Shown here: piece after piece, positions 5,928 to 7,979 of the stretch
How the letters are laid out: the number at the start of each line of letters is the position of its first letter
Position numbering within the stretch: position 1 is the first letter of the stretch
Position numbers and translations under genes: made by a program
Source: a virus
Taxonomy: Duplodnaviria > Heunggongvirae > Uroviricota > Caudoviricetes
Reading direction: 5' to 3' (one strand)
DNA: 7,979 bases
Virus record (IMG/VR): IMGVR_UViG_2526164652_000007
The notes under the pieces: generated by a model
Told to the model about the DNA's origin: nothing
The model's database searches: none
The model's input: the letters and a program-made list of their open reading frames with translations, nothing else

Positions 5928-6833
5928 TTAAGCAGCCATCTGATGATATTTTTCCCTGAAGGCTGCCGGGGAGATATTCCCCAGACGAGAGTGACGACGC
6001 TGACGATTGTAGAAAATCTCAATGTATTCCCGTATTACTGAGATGGCTTCATCCCGGTTATTAAAACGATAGTGGCTCAGGCTCTCATTTTTCAGCGTTC
6101 CCCAGAAGCTTTCCATCGGAGCGTTGTCGTAACAGTTACCTTTACGCGACATTGATGTTTTCAGACCAAACTGCTCCTGTATGACCCGGTAATCGTATGC
6201 GCAGTACTGTGAACCTCGATCAGAGTGGTGGATTAGCCCGGCAGGTGGGCGCTGGCTCCTGAGCGCCATAAACAGGGCTTTACCTGTCAGCTCTTTTGTC
6301 ATGCGCTCTCCCATGGCGTAGCCGACAATTTCACACGTATAAACATCTTTGATGCCAGCGAGGTACAACCATCCCTCCTGTGTGGCAACATACGTCAGGT
6401 CCGCCACCCAGACCTGATTTGGTGCTGTAGGAGCGAACGTCTGGTTCAGCAGATTTGGCGCAACTGGCAGATTGTGGTTCGGGTTCGTAGTCGCTCTGAA
6501 CTTGCGTTTCTGCTTACAGCGTAGCCTTAGCTCCTTACGAAGACGTGCCAGTCGGTCACGACCAACGATGATGCCATTCTCTGCCAGCTCCGTCTGGAGC
6601 CGCCGGGTTCCATATGTTTCGCGAGTGCGGATATGTGCCACCTTAATCTCCAGTTTTAGCCGCTCATCACTTTGTTTTCTGTCTGAGGGTTCATGCTGTA
6701 CCCAGTTGTAATAACCGCTCCTGGATACACCAAATACCTGACACATCGCTTCAATGGGAAATTGTTGTCGCCATTGTTCGATTAACGCGTATTTTTCAGC
6801 GACTCCTGTGCAAAATACGCTGTTGCTTTTTTT
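5928..6833 (-). CDS. IS600-like OrfB (DDE transposase), expressed as OrfAB by -1 frameshift near 6825-6833
   Basis: The -1 frame is open from the slippery site to stop TAA (5930-5928). It contains the DDE-type motifs WVADLTY, HSDRGSQY and CYDNAPMESFW and the C-terminus ...NRQRRHSRLGNISPAAFREKYHQMAA. Confidence 0.8.
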   Translation of the reverse strand, partial: KKSNSVFCTGVAEKYALIEQWRQQFPIEAMCQVFGVSRSGYYNWVQHEPSDRKQSDERLKLEIKVAHIRTRETYGTRRLQTELAENGIIVGRDRLARLRKELRLRCKQKRKFRATTNPNHNLPVAPNLLNQTFAPTAPNQVWVADLTYVATQEGWLYLAGIKDVYTCEIVGYAMGERMTKELTGKALFMALRSQRPPAGLIHHSDRGSQYCAYDYRVIQEQFGLKTSMSRKGNCYDNAPMESFWGTLKNESLSHYRFNNRDEAISVIREYIEIFYNRQRRHSRLGNISPAAFREKYHQMAA

Positions 6834-7084
6834 AATATATCTCGCTCAAGGCGAGCTTCATTTAACGCCTTACGCAGTTGCAGAATTTCAGATTCCAGTT
6901 CAGCCAGCGTGCGGGAACCAGGAGTACCGAGCCCTTTTCTGGCGGCGGTAACCCATTGTCCTAAAGTGCCTTCAGGAAGGGATAATCGGGAAGCGCCTTC
7001 ACTGATCGAAAGTTGATTTTCAAGAACCGTTCTGACAGCTTCGGCTTTGAACTCTTTAGAGTAACGTTGGGTTTTTCTGCTCAT
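6782..7084 (-). CDS. IS600-like OrfA (HTH), 100 aa
   Basis: ATG at 7084-7082 (minus); MSRKTQRYSKEFKAEAVRTVLENQLSISEGASRLSLPEGTLGQWV...RDILKKATAYFAQESLKNTR has the HTH plus leucine-zipper layout of IS3-family OrfA. Confidence 0.85.
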   Translation of the reverse strand: MSRKTQRYSKEFKAEAVRTVLENQLSISEGASRLSLPEGTLGQWVTAARKGLGTPGSRTLAELESEILQLRKALNEARLERDILKKATAYFAQESLKNTR

Positions 7085-7267
7085 TATTAGCTCCTTCTGA
7101 TGCCATTCTATTTCAGGAAGGAGTGTCCGTTAAACTCAGGCTACCTCACCTTTAGACTAAAGAGTTTGTAACGCTATGTAAGTGATTTTTTCTGGTTTAG
7201 ATATTTATATGTCCGGCCAAATTGAGGTGTGTTTAAATGTAATTGCACATTGATTGTAGGAGGAATA

Positions 7268-7447
7268 ATGAAAAACGCATTGCAGTTTTTGTTTGTTGCG
7301 TTCTGGTTGTTCGCATCATGTATGCCCATCATCTTCACAGCAAGGTATATGGAAAAAGTTGATGTTTTGATATTAATATTTGGATATATAAATGCCCTTT
7401 TTTTAGGGGTGTTCATGGCGGTCATGTGCATTGAATACTGGCGGTAA
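7268..7447 (+). CDS. small membrane protein (59 aa, two predicted transmembrane helices), unknown function
   Basis: GGAGG SD (7259-7263) 4 nt before ATG 7268; stop TAA 7445-7447. MKNALQFLFVAFWLFASCMPIIFTARYMEKVDVLILIFGYINALFLGVFMAVMCIEYWR has two hydrophobic stretches. AT-rich. The supplied ORF 7229..7447 is the same frame with a longer N-terminus. Confidence 0.5.
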   Translation: MKNALQFLFVAFWLFASCMPIIFTARYMEKVDVLILIFGYINALFLGVFMAVMCIEYWR

Positions 7448-7781
7448 ATACAGCGAACTCCATTGGTTTAGTTGGATATTTACTGTGCTGGACAAAAACG
7501 GTTTGCGGGGAAATCTTAGTTAAGTAGAATGACTGCGGGTGCTTGAGGCTATCTGCCTCGGGCACGAACACCAACGGCAGGTAGAGAAAAGCCCCAGTTA
7601 ACATTACGCGTCCTGCAAGACGCTTAACATTAATCTGAGGCCAATTTCATGCCAGACACATGTAGGTTAGCCTCTTACGTGCCGAAAGGCAAGGAGAAGC
7701 AGGCTATTGTTAACACCAAGCTGTAATGTCCCCTTTGAATCATTCTAAAATGTCCCCAGACAATTCTCTGGGGGATTTTTC

Positions 7782-7979
7782 ATGATCAAAGAGACTGTTA
7801 CGATGAGTCATAAGGAACTCCACCGACTTCAGATTATTCAGGAGTCAATTAATCGACATATTACTCAGGAACAAGCTGCGGCACGCATTGGCATTTCTAT
7901 TCGGCAGGTTAAACGTCTGGTGCAACGGTATAGAAATGAAGGGCCTTCTGGTCTGGTTTCCCACCGACGTGTGAGGTAG
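7782..7979 (+). CDS. 65-aa helix-turn-helix protein resembling the N-terminus of ISNCY/IS481-type transposases; ends at an amber codon on the last 3 bases of the window
   Basis: ATG 7782 (or 7803) with GGGGGA upstream; ...MSHKELHRLQIIQESINRHITQEQAAARIGISIRQVKRLVQRYRNEGPSGLVSHRRVR then TAG 7977-7979. The HTH-like pattern resembles transposase N-termini I recall. Whether it is a complete small gene, an OrfA or a nonsense-truncated transposase cannot be decided from the window. Confidence 0.4.
   Translation: MIKETVTMSHKELHRLQIIQESINRHITQEQAAARIGISIRQVKRLVQRYRNEGPSGLVSHRRVR

Larger units (their letters stand above)
5885..7148 (-). mobile_element. IS600-like IS3-family insertion sequence, complete (1264 bp)
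   Basis: Imperfect terminal inverted repeats TGAGGTGTACTGGCAATAGCGGACACTACC (5885-) and, reverse-complemented from 7148, TGAGGTAGCCTGAGTTTAACGGACACTCCT. Element ends TGA...TCA. orfA and orfB on the minus strand with an A-AAA-AAA slippery site. The 1264-bp length matches my memory of IS600. Flanks GGC (5882-5884) and CCT (7149-7151) are not a direct repeat. Confidence 0.75.

Noticed and set aside
6472-6951. Plus-strand ORFs 6472..6711 and 6754..6951 within IS600
   Set aside because: Antisense to the transposase orfB/orfA, which are supported by DDE motifs and the frameshift site.
7174-7604. Minus-strand ORFs 7174..7431 and 7422..7604
   Set aside because: Antisense to the small membrane protein gene in AT-rich DNA, with no SD; the plus-strand gene has a strong GGAGG and is preferred.

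Overview
This window looks like Enterobacterial (E. coli/Shigella-like) accessory DNA: a defective lambdoid prophage fragment bracketed by two IS3-family insertion sequences in the same orientation. The left bracket is a partial IS911 (1-761, minus strand, running off the window start). The prophage segment (762-5884) carries a small unknown ORF, a DUF968/YdfU-like gene, rusA, a Q-like antiterminator, a PR'-like late promoter with tR'-like terminator, tRNA-Ile2(CAU) and tRNA-Arg(UCU), a ~1.5-kb cargo ('moron') cassette, a DUF1737-like gene, and only the first 21 codons of a pinholin-type S holin. The right bracket is a complete 1264-bp IS600-like element (5885-7148) that cuts the holin gene with no target-site duplication, so the lysis cassette was probably deleted. 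Right of IS600 lies unrelated AT-rich DNA with a 59-aa two-helix membrane protein gene and a 65-aa HTH ORF that ends on an amber codon at the last base of the window. The best candidate for something undescribed is the cassette between tRNA-Arg and the DUF1737 gene (3820-5310), which sits where Stx phages carry stxAB. Instead it encodes two convergent small proteins I cannot assign to any family, separated by a GC-rich, hairpin-rich intergenic island. No stx, CRISPR array or rRNA is present. Every identification is from reading the sequence and from memory of families; no database search was possible, so family names are hypotheses to be checked.
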